64,000 nucleotides of DNA, taken from assembly GCA_964590885.1 (NCBI GenBank), contig CAZPWW010000009.1, forward strand, positions 35,764 through 99,763, given 5' to 3'. This DNA is from an uncultured Phycisphaeraceae bacterium. GTDB lineage: Bacteria; Planctomycetota; Phycisphaerae; Phycisphaerales; UBA1924. A program made the position numbers and the translations under genes. Shown in pieces: positions 38,922 through 48,751 of this stretch (its first letter is position 1; every line of letters starts with the position of its first letter). The notes below the pieces were generated by a model. It made no database searches. It was not told where the DNA came from and saw only the letters and a program-made list of their open reading frames with translations.

Positions 38922-39185
38922 ATGCTCCCCCTCGCCGGTTCCATTTCGGGTCGCGTGCTCCGCGTGGCGGGCGTGTCCATTCACGGGGACATCTACTTCG
39001 ACGTGCTCATCGAGCCCGATGCGGGGAGCGTGCCCGGGTTGCCCGAAGCGGCACCCGGCAAGGTCGCGGCGATCTCAGTGCGGGTGCCGCGGCACGCGCT
39101 CGAGGGCGGCCATCCCCCCGATGAGGGCCAGCGCGTGGAGGTGCAGATGCTGATGCAGCAGGCGACGCGGGTACGGGTGGTGTAG
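38922..39185 (+). CDS. hypothetical small protein (87 aa)
   Basis: ATG start with strongly GC-biased third codon positions throughout. No recognisable family. Confidence 0.35.
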   Translation: MLPLAGSISGRVLRVAGVSIHGDIYFDVLIEPDAGSVPGLPEAAPGKVAAISVRVPRHALEGGHPPDEGQRVEVQMLMQQATRVRVV

Positions 39186-39269
39186 GAGCGGCGCGGGGGC
39201 GCAGGTCGCCTGCAGGCGGACGGGACGTCCGCCCCACCTGAGCCAAAGACCCGGCGCGTGCCGCGTGGC

Positions 39270-40943
39270 TCACACCAGGGCCTTGCGGTCGCGCAGGGAT
39301 TCGTGCACCCGTTGCAGCGAGGCAAGCGCGGGCTTGGATGCGCCCGAACCGCTGAGCAGGCCGCCCCCGGGCATCTCGCCGCCGGGCTCCAGGTCGCAGA
39401 GTTCCTGCCAGCACAGGCTCTGCACATAGGGCTTGCCGGCCACGATCCGGGCCACATCAGCGAGCCAGCGAGCCTGCGACTCGGGGGTCCACGGCCCGCC
39501 CCAGCAGCCGGGGTCGGCGGGCTCGTCGCCCTTGATGGCGGGCACGCGGCTGGGCGCACCCGCCGCGCTCACCATGACGGGGCGGTCGAGGTTGGCGTAG
39601 CGGTCGAGCATGGCGCTCACGGCCATGGGGTCGCGGGTGCTGCGGCCGGGGGAGTTCTGGCCCATCTGCAGACGGATGCCCAGGGCATCGATGTTGAGCC
39701 CGAGCTGGTTGAGCAGTTCGGCATAGAGCGTGGGCGGGATGGCCTTCCAGCCCTGGCCGGCACCCTGCGCGGGCCCGGCGTTGTACTCGCCCCAAGGCTG
39801 GGCGATCTCGACCACCACCTTGGCGGCGGGCTGGAGTTTGCGCACCAGCAGCACGCAGGTGCGGGTGAGATCGATCACCTGCTCGTAGGTGAGTTTGAAG
39901 GCTCCGCCGCAGGGCAGGCCGCTGGCGACGATCCACGTGTGCACGGCCTTGCGGTAGCGGGTGACGAGCGTCTTGCAGTGCTCGAAGACGACTTCTTTCA
40001 AGGTCTCGTAGTCGTGCTCCCAGATGTAGAGAAAGTCGGGCACCACACCTGAGCGCAGGTCGACCAACGGTCCGGCGACCACGGGGAGTTTGGCCTTCAT
40101 CACGGCCCATTCGATCCATTTGTCGGTCTTGGCGAAGGCGTACTTACCCTCGGTGGGCTCCATGTCCACCCAGCGCATGGGCGTCTGCACAAAGTCGCAC
40201 GTGGCCTGCACCACGGCCTGCAACTCGGGCGTGCAGTGGTTCGGGCTCACGCTCACGCCCACGCGCGGCATCTCCGGCAGCAGCAGGCCCGGCGTGCCCA
40301 GCGCCGCGGCCCTGCTGGCACGGGCCTCGTGATCGGTGATGGCGTTGGGCGGGGGCGTGATGGCCGCGGCCTTGGCCATGTCGCCCGACACCCGCCGGCC
40401 GTGCTGCACCTGGGCCTGGCGCAGGGCAAGGTCGTGGCTCACATCAACGGCGAGGGCCAGAGCCCGGCGGGCCGCGTCATCGGCTTCGCGTGTGAACGGC
40501 GGGCGTCCCTTGGCCATGCCCGCCGCCGCGCCGGTGCGCTGGATGAGCAAGGCAGCGGTGAAGGCGAGGCGGGCCTCCTCCACCTTCTGCATCAGCGGGT
40601 CGTCGGCGGCAAGGTCGAAGAAGGCCCACTCCTCGAGTTTGTTCAGCACCAGCATCAGGCGGTGGCGGGCGAGTTCGAGGCTGAGCAGATAGGGCTCGGT
40701 GCGCTGGGGCAAGAGGCACGTACGCAGGGTGAGCAGGCTGGGCTGACTGTCGCGGGGCAGGCGCACAGGGAACTGCACGCCAAGACCGCAGGCCCCCTCT
40801 TGCCGGCGTTCGCAGCGCAGGAAGCCCTCTTCGAGGCGCACCTCGCCCGCGAAGACCAGATCGTCTCCGCCCACCAGATAGGCGTGGCGCAGGGGCCAGT
40901 CGGCGGCCGGTCCGGACTCGTCAAAGACGGAGAAGAGCAGCAT
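39270..40943 (-). CDS. hypothetical protein, possible TIM-barrel glycoside-hydrolase-like C-terminal half
   Basis: ATG at 40943 (MLLFSVFDESG...). WVDMEPTEGKYAFAKTDKWIEWA...VHTWIVASG is loosely GH10-like. The product call is weak. Confidence 0.45.
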   Translation of the reverse strand: MLLFSVFDESGPAADWPLRHAYLVGGDDLVFAGEVRLEEGFLRCERRQEGACGLGVQFPVRLPRDSQPSLLTLRTCLLPQRTEPYLLSLELARHRLMLVLNKLEEWAFFDLAADDPLMQKVEEARLAFTAALLIQRTGAAAGMAKGRPPFTREADDAARRALALAVDVSHDLALRQAQVQHGRRVSGDMAKAAAITPPPNAITDHEARASRAAALGTPGLLLPEMPRVGVSVSPNHCTPELQAVVQATCDFVQTPMRWVDMEPTEGKYAFAKTDKWIEWAVMKAKLPVVAGPLVDLRSGVVPDFLYIWEHDYETLKEVVFEHCKTLVTRYRKAVHTWIVASGLPCGGAFKLTYEQVIDLTRTCVLLVRKLQPAAKVVVEIAQPWGEYNAGPAQGAGQGWKAIPPTLYAELLNQLGLNIDALGIRLQMGQNSPGRSTRDPMAVSAMLDRYANLDRPVMVSAAGAPSRVPAIKGDEPADPGCWGGPWTPESQARWLADVARIVAGKPYVQSLCWQELCDLEPGGEMPGGGLLSGSGASKPALASLQRVHESLRDRKALV

Positions 40944-41039
40944 GCAGGGGCCCGTAGGCCGCGGGGGCCGGGGGCCTGCCGCGGGGGCCGTGAGCGTAGC
41001 CGGACGACGGGCGGGTGTCGCCGGGGTACCGTACCGCCG

Positions 41040-42020
41040 ATGCCCGCAGCCCCTCCCACGCCCGGCCCGTACCCCGCCATCAACCTGCCGCTGTTGCGGC
41101 GCGGCAAGGTGCGCGACGTTTACGAGTTGCCCGCCGCCCCAGGCCCGCGCGGCGGGCCGGACACACCGCGCGTGTTGATCGTGGCGAGCGACCGCATCTC
41201 GGCCTTCGACGTGGTGATGCCCACGCCGATCGAGGGCAAGGGGCGGGTGCTGACGGCGATGGCCGCCTTCTGGCTCGGCTTTGTGCAGCGGCGCGGCCTG
41301 TGCGAAACCCACCTGCTGTCAACATCGCCGGATGACCTGCCGGCGGACGTGGCCCCGCCCGGTTCACGGGCACGGGCGTGGCTGGAGGGGCGGATGATGA
41401 TCGGGCGCCGATGCCGGGTGGTGCCGATCGAGTGCGTGGTGCGCGGGTACCTTGAGGGTTCGGGGTGGAAGGAGTATCAGGCGACGCAGAGCGTGTGCGG
41501 CGTGCGGCTGCCGGCGGGGCTCAAGCAGTGCGACCGGCTGCCCGAACCGGTCTTCACGCCCGCTACCAAGGCCCAGAGCGGGCACGACGAGAACATCTCG
41601 TTTGAGCGGGCCGCGGATGAAGCGGGGATGGAGGTGATGGGGGTGCTGCGCGACACTGCGCTGGCGATCTACAAGGCCGCGGCGGCTCACGCGCTGGAGC
41701 GCGGCATCATCATCGCGGACACCAAGTTCGAGTTCGGCATCCCGGAGGGAGGCGTGGATGCGCCCGCACGGGTGTGGACGCCGCCGATCCTGATCGACGA
41801 GGCGCTCACGCCGGACTCATCACGCTTCTGGCCGGCGGAGGGGCACAAGCCGGGCGGGCCGCAGAGGAGTTTCGACAAGCAGTACCTGCGCGAGTATCTG
41901 GAGACGCTGGTGAGCGCGGGAGCATGGGACAAGACCCCGCCCGGCCCCGAGCTGCCGGCGGAGGTTGCGGGCAAGACCCTGGAGAAGTACAGCGACGCGA
42001 TGCGGCGGCTGTGCATCTGA
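41040..42020 (+). CDS. purC: phosphoribosylaminoimidazole-succinocarboxamide synthase
   Basis: RGKVRDVYE, ASDRISAFD, ECVVRGYLEGSGW, TPATKA..GHDENIS and ADTKFEFG. Confidence 0.9.
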   Translation: MPAAPPTPGPYPAINLPLLRRGKVRDVYELPAAPGPRGGPDTPRVLIVASDRISAFDVVMPTPIEGKGRVLTAMAAFWLGFVQRRGLCETHLLSTSPDDLPADVAPPGSRARAWLEGRMMIGRRCRVVPIECVVRGYLEGSGWKEYQATQSVCGVRLPAGLKQCDRLPEPVFTPATKAQSGHDENISFERAADEAGMEVMGVLRDTALAIYKAAAAHALERGIIIADTKFEFGIPEGGVDAPARVWTPPILIDEALTPDSSRFWPAEGHKPGGPQRSFDKQYLREYLETLVSAGAWDKTPPGPELPAEVAGKTLEKYSDAMRRLCI

Positions 42021-42041
42021 GCGCGGCGGAGAGGCGACGGG

Positions 42042-44069
42042 CTACTTCTGCTCGGTGATGGCCTTCTGCACATCGGGCCGGACCTTCGCCTCGCGCGCGG
42101 CCCGGTACTCGGCGTACCCCTCGGGCGGGGGAAACCAGGTGTCGAACTTGGGTTGGCCGTTCTTTGCGGCCAGTTCGTCAACCTTGGGCTTGAGCGTGGT
42201 GGAGAGTTCGTCGTAGGCGGCCAGTTGCAGGTCTTGGGGCGCCCGGGCGTAGATGATGGCCCCGTCCTCGAACGAGCCGTCGGCCACGCCGAGCTGGATC
42301 ATCACCGCGATCATGATGCGGCTGGCGGCCTCGCCGAAATCTCTGGGGAGCACCTCGAGGCGGGCCCGCTCGGGGTCGACCTGGGTGTTCTTGTACTGCT
42401 CCTTCATGTAGACGGCGTGGAAGAGTTTGGCGTACTCCATCTGGCGGCGGAACTGCTCGGTGTCGCCGAACAGGAGGCCCTGCACGTAGGCCGACTGGAG
42501 CGCGCCCTGGATCTCGGCCACGGCCACGTTGGGCGTGGTGACGCGGTTGTAGACCTGGCGGAGCACGAACTCGTCGAGCGGGAGTTCGAGTTGGAACTGC
42601 TGCTCGACCTTGTCGTGCCAGTTGAGGCGGCCGGCCGCGAAGTCGGAGTAGAGCAGGTCCTTGTATTCCTGGGCGGTGCCCACGTCGCCGCGCCGGTACA
42701 TGTAACTGATGGCGTCGCGCATGAAGTTCTCGTAGCCGGCGTTGTAGAGTTTGTAGGGGCGCTCGGTGATGTCGGCCTTGCGCTGGTCCATCATCTGGCG
42801 GGCCTCGCGCTCGCCCACCGCCATCATGATCTCCCGGTACGTCGGGATGAAGTCGGGGTTGGGCAGCGTCATGTAGTACTCGGGCCGCAGAACATCGAAC
42901 ACGACGGTGCCGTAGCGGAAGAGTTCCTGCACGCTGTGCAGCGCGATGCGGTCGGTGTTGATGAAGTCGAGGTCGGAGCGGTTCTGCTCCGTGGCCTTGC
43001 CGTCGGCCTCGTCCACCCCGCGGGTGGCCCAGTACAGGGCGTGGGCCGCGGCGTGCCGCCAGTCGAGCGGGCCGAAACGCCGCACGGTCGCCACCATCCG
43101 CTCGGGCTCCATGCGGTAATGATCCACCAGCACGCGCTTGCGCACGTGGGGCACCAGCACGGCAAACGCGTCGTCGTGGGCACGATCGCCCAGCACGCGC
43201 ATGATCGGGCTGTCGGTGGCTCCGAAGCCGATCCTGGGCAGAGCCTGCCGCAGCCGCTCCAGGGCCCGCCCGTATTCGATGCCCGCCAGCAGGGCGAGCC
43301 GACCTTCGGTGCTCTTGAGGTCAAGCCCGGCCTCGTCGCGCAGGCGCGCGATCAGCGCGGCGGCACGCGGCTCCTTGACCACGACCTCGTCGAGCGTTTC
43401 CGCCGCGCCGGCCACGCGCTGGAGGAAGGCGGCGGCCTCGTCGATGGACTGAGCCCGCGTCTGCGTGAGCGAGGCGCGCCGGGGCGGGCCCAGCGCGATC
43501 GTCCACTCCAGCGCAAACATTCGTTTGTAATAGTTGTGGGCGTCGTCCATCACGCCCTGCACCTTGTGCAGCAGGATCCACGCCAACTCCTTGTGGATGA
43601 ACATGTCATTGGGGTTGGATGGGATGCCCTCCTCGCGGAGCAAGCGGATCCCCGAGTTCACCCACTGCCAGCGCTCCGTGTGCGTCTGCGTGGCGACGGA
43701 GATGTTGTACGCCAGGTTCCACGCGTGAAAGGCCCACACGCGGGGGAAGCGCGGCTGCAGGCGCGTGATGGTGCGGGCCAGATCGACCGCCTCGTAGAAG
43801 TTGCCGTCTTCCTTGGCCTTGTTGGCCCGCCACCACAACGCGTTGACAAACAGCCCGCGGAACGCGCCCATGGCGATGCCGATGCCGACCTCGGGCGGGT
43901 CGCCCTCCTCGGCACGGTCGGTGTACACCAGCCCGTTCCGGCCCACGCTGCCCGCAACCCAGGTGGTGGTGGCCACCGAGCCGCCCAGAGCCGCCAGCAT
44001 GGTGGCGCCGGCCGCGAGTTGGACAAACGTGTCTCGACGCATGAAGAACGCGCTCCGCGCACGGGGCAT
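42042..44069 (-). CDS. conserved hypothetical protein (N-terminal membrane anchor, helical-repeat-like), last gene of the SPFH/ABC operon
   Basis: 675-aa ORF with high GC3. It starts 1 nt after the permease stop. No family recognised. Confidence 0.6.
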   Translation of the reverse strand: MPRARSAFFMRRDTFVQLAAGATMLAALGGSVATTTWVAGSVGRNGLVYTDRAEEGDPPEVGIGIAMGAFRGLFVNALWWRANKAKEDGNFYEAVDLARTITRLQPRFPRVWAFHAWNLAYNISVATQTHTERWQWVNSGIRLLREEGIPSNPNDMFIHKELAWILLHKVQGVMDDAHNYYKRMFALEWTIALGPPRRASLTQTRAQSIDEAAAFLQRVAGAAETLDEVVVKEPRAAALIARLRDEAGLDLKSTEGRLALLAGIEYGRALERLRQALPRIGFGATDSPIMRVLGDRAHDDAFAVLVPHVRKRVLVDHYRMEPERMVATVRRFGPLDWRHAAAHALYWATRGVDEADGKATEQNRSDLDFINTDRIALHSVQELFRYGTVVFDVLRPEYYMTLPNPDFIPTYREIMMAVGEREARQMMDQRKADITERPYKLYNAGYENFMRDAISYMYRRGDVGTAQEYKDLLYSDFAAGRLNWHDKVEQQFQLELPLDEFVLRQVYNRVTTPNVAVAEIQGALQSAYVQGLLFGDTEQFRRQMEYAKLFHAVYMKEQYKNTQVDPERARLEVLPRDFGEAASRIMIAVMIQLGVADGSFEDGAIIYARAPQDLQLAAYDELSTTLKPKVDELAAKNGQPKFDTWFPPPEGYAEYRAAREAKVRPDVQKAITEQK

Positions 44070-44070
44070 T

Positions 44071-46083
44071 TCAGTGCCCCGAGTAGGTGGCCAGTTCGCG
44101 ACGCCGGAAGATCGCCGCGCCGCAGGCGAGCACCACGCCAGCCAGGCCTCCCAGCATCACCGCGGCCCGGCCCAACGCCGTCCATCCTACGAAGCGGCCG
44201 GTGGCGATGTTCTGGGCCGGGTTCACCGTGGCGTAGAAGCCCAGAGCGGCGGTCACGGTCTCGGAGATCCAGATGATGGGCACCCGGTACCACTTGAACT
44301 CTCGGTCGTATCCCACCGGGCCGTAGGAATCGAGCGCGGCCTTGAGATAGGGCACGCCCTCGGCGCACACCAGCACGCCGAACGCGGCCAGCGCGGCCAC
44401 CGGGAAGGAGAGAAACGTGCCCAGCATGAGCCCGATGCTGGCGAGGAAAAGCAGTTTGAGGCACGCGATGGCGACGATGCGCAAGAAGTTGGCCCGGAAG
44501 GAGTCGACGGGGTAGGACACCTCCAGCCCGCCAGCGGGGTTGAAGGTCACGGTCTCCTTGTTCATCGTCTGGCGGTTCCAATCGCCGTTGAAGACCTGCA
44601 CGCGCAGGATGCCCACGGGGTCGCTGTCCTTGTCCGTCAACACCTCGATCAGCGCCGGCGACAGCGGCAGGCTGATGAACTGCCCCAGGCGGATCTCGCG
44701 CACGATCGGCTCCTGCCCGCCCACGAGGAACGAGAGGCGGTAGGTGTCGATGGGGTTGTTGTTGCCGGCATCGGCCTTGAAGCGGAGCGTGATGGGCGTG
44801 CCGCGCTGACGGGCGGCCAGCAGGCCGGGAAACTCGTACTCGCGCCACGTTCCCGGCGACACCGCATAGAAGGCGCCCATCACCTCCTTGTCGAAGTCGT
44901 CGCGGAGTTTCTTGCGGGCCTCGGGGGTGTCGCGCCAGTCCAGTTCGCTCTGTTTGGCCAGTTCGGCCCGGCGGTCGAGTTCCTTGGCCAGCGCATCCTC
45001 CACCACGTTGGGCCCGACGGGGATCACCGATTCGCGGGCCGTGAGCACCTGGGTTTCGAGCACGAGGCGGTCCATCGAGACGCTCTCGCCCGAGCCCTCG
45101 AGCGCCCCGCGGGCCTGGAAGGGGCGGGCCTCGCCCTGGGCGGGCTGGTTGCGCAGATACTCGGTGAAGAGGTAGATGCCCGAGGTGGCCACACCCATGA
45201 GCACCAGCGACACCGCGCCCACGCCCAGCCACTTGCCCAGCACGTAGTGCCAGGGCTGCACCGGCTTGGTCATGGTCTGCCAGATGATCTTGTCGCGCTG
45301 CTCGAAGGCCACGGTGGCGCAGGCCAGAAAGACCGTGAGCGACGCCACCACCACAAACGCCCCCTCAAGCCCGTAGGTGAGGAAGGCCTGCACCCGGTAG
45401 CGCAGCGGGCTGTTGGCGTCGAGCGCGCCCGGCAGCGCGGCCAGCCCGAAGATGAGCAGCACGATGAAGACCAGGCTCACCTTCATGCGCACGGCCTCGT
45501 TCACCACGTTGCGGGCGATCGAGAGCACCGGGTGCGACCCCGCCAGCACCAGGCGGGCGAGTTGCACGAGGGCCGAAAACGAACTCGCCAGGGCCAGCGA
45601 CCCGGCCACGAACACGCCCACACCCCGCCACCACGCCGAGCCCCAGACCCACAGCGGCAGGGCCGTGGCCAGCCCGGCCACGATCACCGCCAGGTACGTG
45701 AGCGCCAGGCCCAGCCACACCACCACCAGGGCCACGCCGGACACCAGGCCTGTGCCCACGGCGAAGTCGGCCACGCTCATGCGCCGCTCGAGGATCGAGT
45801 TCACCGCCTGGACCGTGGCCTGCGCGGATGCCCGCTGCGACTTCTCCAAGGCCGCGCGGGCCGCGGCCTGCTCCGGCGTCTCGCCCGGAGGGGGCGCGGC
45901 ATCGGCCGCTTCGGCCCTCACCACCTCCAGCAGGGGCAGCGACTGCCGGGCCGCCGCGCTCTGCACCGCGTAGGTGGCGACGGCGGCGATGCCCAGGGCC
46001 AGCACCAGCACGCTCGCCACGATCTTGAAGAGGCGCCCCTGCTGCAGGCGGTTCAGCCGGCCCAGCCCGTCGGCGAAGGTCAC
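44071..46083 (-). CDS. ABC-2-type transporter permease-like protein with large extracytoplasmic insert
   Basis: Multi-TM. IARNVVNEAVRMKVSLVF and FEQRDKIIWQTMTKPVQPWHYVLGKWLG are paralogous to the 52302..53660 product. 4-nt overlap with the ATPase gene. Confidence 0.7.
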   Translation of the reverse strand: MTFADGLGRLNRLQQGRLFKIVASVLVLALGIAAVATYAVQSAAARQSLPLLEVVRAEAADAAPPPGETPEQAAARAALEKSQRASAQATVQAVNSILERRMSVADFAVGTGLVSGVALVVVWLGLALTYLAVIVAGLATALPLWVWGSAWWRGVGVFVAGSLALASSFSALVQLARLVLAGSHPVLSIARNVVNEAVRMKVSLVFIVLLIFGLAALPGALDANSPLRYRVQAFLTYGLEGAFVVVASLTVFLACATVAFEQRDKIIWQTMTKPVQPWHYVLGKWLGVGAVSLVLMGVATSGIYLFTEYLRNQPAQGEARPFQARGALEGSGESVSMDRLVLETQVLTARESVIPVGPNVVEDALAKELDRRAELAKQSELDWRDTPEARKKLRDDFDKEVMGAFYAVSPGTWREYEFPGLLAARQRGTPITLRFKADAGNNNPIDTYRLSFLVGGQEPIVREIRLGQFISLPLSPALIEVLTDKDSDPVGILRVQVFNGDWNRQTMNKETVTFNPAGGLEVSYPVDSFRANFLRIVAIACLKLLFLASIGLMLGTFLSFPVAALAAFGVLVCAEGVPYLKAALDSYGPVGYDREFKWYRVPIIWISETVTAALGFYATVNPAQNIATGRFVGWTALGRAAVMLGGLAGVVLACGAAIFRRRELATYSGH

Positions 46084-47297
46084 GGCTTGGCTCCGGGCTT
46101 GGTGGGAGGAGCCGGAGCCTGGCCCCCGAGCAGGGCCGAGATCACACCCCGGTCCACGTCCGCAGACGGCGCGGCCTCAACCTCCGGGGCGGCCGCCGGG
46201 GGCGCGGGCGGTTCGGGTTGCACCAGCGACGTGATGAGCGACGCGTCGGGCCCAGCGGCTGCGGGCACCGGCGCCCGCGGCGGCAACGCGGCCGGTGCCA
46301 CGGCGGGCTCCTCGCCGGCCAGCAGGCTGGCGATCACGGCCCGCCCGTCGCCCGCATCGGCACCGCCCCCGCGCAAGAACGCGGCGGTGCGCCCGTCGTG
46401 GCTCGCCCCGCTGGTGGCGAGGCGGCGGGCCTGGGCCTCGTTCACGATGTCCACGAACAGGGCTTCGAGCGTCTGCCGGGGCTTGCGCACACGGCCGATG
46501 CCGCGCTGGCCGCCGCTGCGCTCGCGGATGAGGCGGTCGATCTGCTCAATGGTGGCGTCGTCGAGATCGTCGGTCTCGATGAGCCGGCCGGAGGAGGCGC
46601 TGAGCAACTGCTCACAGGTGCCCTCGCGTTGCACCTTGCCCCCGTAGAGGATGACCATGCGGTCAACGCAGTCTTCGACATCGGCCAGGAGGTGCGAGGA
46701 GAGGATGATGGTCTTGCCGCGCCTGCCCAGGGCGAGGATGAGGTCCTTGATCTGGCGGGTGCCGATGGGGTCGAGGCCGGTGGTGGGTTCGTCGAGGATG
46801 AGCAGGTCGGGGTCGTTGATGAGGGCCTGAGCGATGCCGATGCGGCGCTGCATGCCCTTGGAGTACTCGCGCACGGCCCGGTGCTGGACCGCGGTGAGGC
46901 CCACCATGTCGAGCAACTCGTCGATGCGGCGCGTGCGCACGCGGTGGTCGAGTTGGAAGAGTTTGGCGTAGTAGTCGAGCGTCTCGCGGGCGTTGAGGAA
47001 GGGGTAGAGGTACGACTCCTCGGGCAGGTAGCCGATTCGGTTCTTGGTGGCGACGTCGGTGGGGAGTTTGTTGAACACCAGGACGCGCCCGGCTGTTTGA
47101 CGCAACAGGCCCAGGATGATCTTGATGGTCGTGGACTTTCCCGAGCCGTTGGGACCCAGGAGGCCGAAGACCTCGCCGGGCGCGATGCTGAACGACACGC
47201 CGTCCACGGCGCGGGCCCGGGGCCGCAGCCAGAAGTCTTTGAAGACCTTGGTGAGGGCCTGCACGGCGACGACGGGTTCGTGGTGGGCTTGGGCCAT
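46080..47297 (-). CDS. ABC transporter ATP-binding protein with roughly 165-aa Ala/Pro-rich C-terminal extension
   Basis: Walker A GPNGSGKSTT, signature YSKGMQRR and Walker B LLILDEPTTGLD. Confidence 0.9.
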   Translation of the reverse strand: MAQAHHEPVVAVQALTKVFKDFWLRPRARAVDGVSFSIAPGEVFGLLGPNGSGKSTTIKIILGLLRQTAGRVLVFNKLPTDVATKNRIGYLPEESYLYPFLNARETLDYYAKLFQLDHRVRTRRIDELLDMVGLTAVQHRAVREYSKGMQRRIGIAQALINDPDLLILDEPTTGLDPIGTRQIKDLILALGRRGKTIILSSHLLADVEDCVDRMVILYGGKVQREGTCEQLLSASSGRLIETDDLDDATIEQIDRLIRERSGGQRGIGRVRKPRQTLEALFVDIVNEAQARRLATSGASHDGRTAAFLRGGGADAGDGRAVIASLLAGEEPAVAPAALPPRAPVPAAAGPDASLITSLVQPEPPAPPAAAPEVEAAPSADVDRGVISALLGGQAPAPPTKPGAKP

Positions 47298-47311
47298 GGG
47301 GAGAGCCGGGG

Positions 47312-48751
47312 TTACAGACCGGCAGCCGCGCCGGCCTTCTTCACCTCGCCGAACTTGGCCGCGTCGGCCTCCTCCTGCGCGGCCTTGTTGCGCTTGTCGG
47401 CGGCCTCGCGCTGGCGGCGCAGGGCCATCTTGCGCACCAGTTCCGGGTCGCGGTTGAGCGAGAGTTGCACGGGCCCCGAGCCGGGCGGCAGGATGTGGGC
47501 CTCGACGTTGTCGCGGGTCATGAAGCGGGTGAAGGCCTGCGTCCAGTCGCCGGTCATCACGACCTCGGGGTTCTGGCGGAAGGCTTCGAGTTTGCGCTCG
47601 AACATGGTGGCGTCCGCGGCGGCCCGGCTCACGGCGCTGCTGCGGTACTCACGCGCTGCGGAGAGGGCCTGGGCCGCCTCGCCGCTGAGCGCACCCGGCG
47701 GGACCTCGACGCCGAAGCCCGAAAAGGCCTTGCCCTCCAGAATGGTGTCGATGCCGGCCAACACCTTCTCCGCCTCCTGCACCTCGCCCCTGGCGAGGCG
47801 GCGGTCGTACTGGTCGATCAGTGCCAAGAGCGGCTCGCTGGCCGAGCCGGCCACCCGGGCCAGGCGGCGAACGCGGTCTTGCCCGGCTCTATCGATCGCC
47901 TCCTTGGCGCCGGACTGGGCCGTCTGCACCAACTCGAAGTCGCGGATGAGAAAGAGCGGCGCCGTCGGCTCGAGCACCGAGAGGTCGTCGATCACGATGC
48001 CGGTGTTGAGGGCGTTGAGCAGTTCCTGGGCGGCCTCGCGGGTGCGACGCTGCATCGAGGCGAACGCCCCCTTGCGGCCGTCGTCGGGCAGGCCGCTGCG
48101 CATCTCGTCGATGGTGACGCCCGCCGCGGCGATCACGGCCCCGCGCCGCACGGCGGCCCGCACCACCCACACCTCGTCGAGCGGGTCGACGTTGCGGGCG
48201 TTGTCCATCACGTTCTCGCGCCGGTAGAGGACGCTGAAGCGGGCGTGGGCCAGGTTGCCGTCGGCGGTGATGAGCGAGCCGTCGGCCGCGGGGTCGAGCC
48301 GGGCCTTGCCCTCGTTGCGAATCTCGGCCACGGGCTTGCCGCGTGCACTCTGGCTCACCGCCGGCCAGAACTCGTCGTCAAAGCGGGCGGTCTGTGCCCC
48401 GGTGCTGATCCGCACCAGTTCGCCCAGCGGCTCGGGCAGTGTGAACTGTGGACCCGGCGGCAGGTCGGTGGCCTGCGGCCGGCCGAAGAGCAGGCGCATG
48501 CCCTTCTCACCGGTGTTCACGGTCTTGACTCCGCTGAACGCGAACAGCACCACCAGCACCACCATGGTGCCCTGCAACAACCGGTAGCAGATGCGCAGCG
48601 CATCCGCCAGCGACTTGCTCGCCGGGTCCATCATGGTGGCCAGGTCGGCCTGGTCTCCGGCTCGCTCGCGCAGGGTGATCGACGCGGCACGCCTGCCGGA
48701 GGGCGGGGGCATCATGGCGGGATTGGGCGCGGGGCCCGGCTGATCGCTCAC
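47312..48751 (-). CDS. SPFH/band-7 (HflK-like) membrane protein
   Basis: Single TM (MVVLVVLFAFSG) followed by VNTGEKGMRLLFGRP... and ITADGNLAHARFSVLYR. ATGA overlap with the upstream gene. Confidence 0.65.
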   Translation of the reverse strand: MSDQPGPAPNPAMMPPPSGRRAASITLRERAGDQADLATMMDPASKSLADALRICYRLLQGTMVVLVVLFAFSGVKTVNTGEKGMRLLFGRPQATDLPPGPQFTLPEPLGELVRISTGAQTARFDDEFWPAVSQSARGKPVAEIRNEGKARLDPAADGSLITADGNLAHARFSVLYRRENVMDNARNVDPLDEVWVVRAAVRRGAVIAAAGVTIDEMRSGLPDDGRKGAFASMQRRTREAAQELLNALNTGIVIDDLSVLEPTAPLFLIRDFELVQTAQSGAKEAIDRAGQDRVRRLARVAGSASEPLLALIDQYDRRLARGEVQEAEKVLAGIDTILEGKAFSGFGVEVPPGALSGEAAQALSAAREYRSSAVSRAAADATMFERKLEAFRQNPEVVMTGDWTQAFTRFMTRDNVEAHILPPGSGPVQLSLNRDPELVRKMALRRQREAADKRNKAAQEEADAAKFGEVKKAGAAAGL

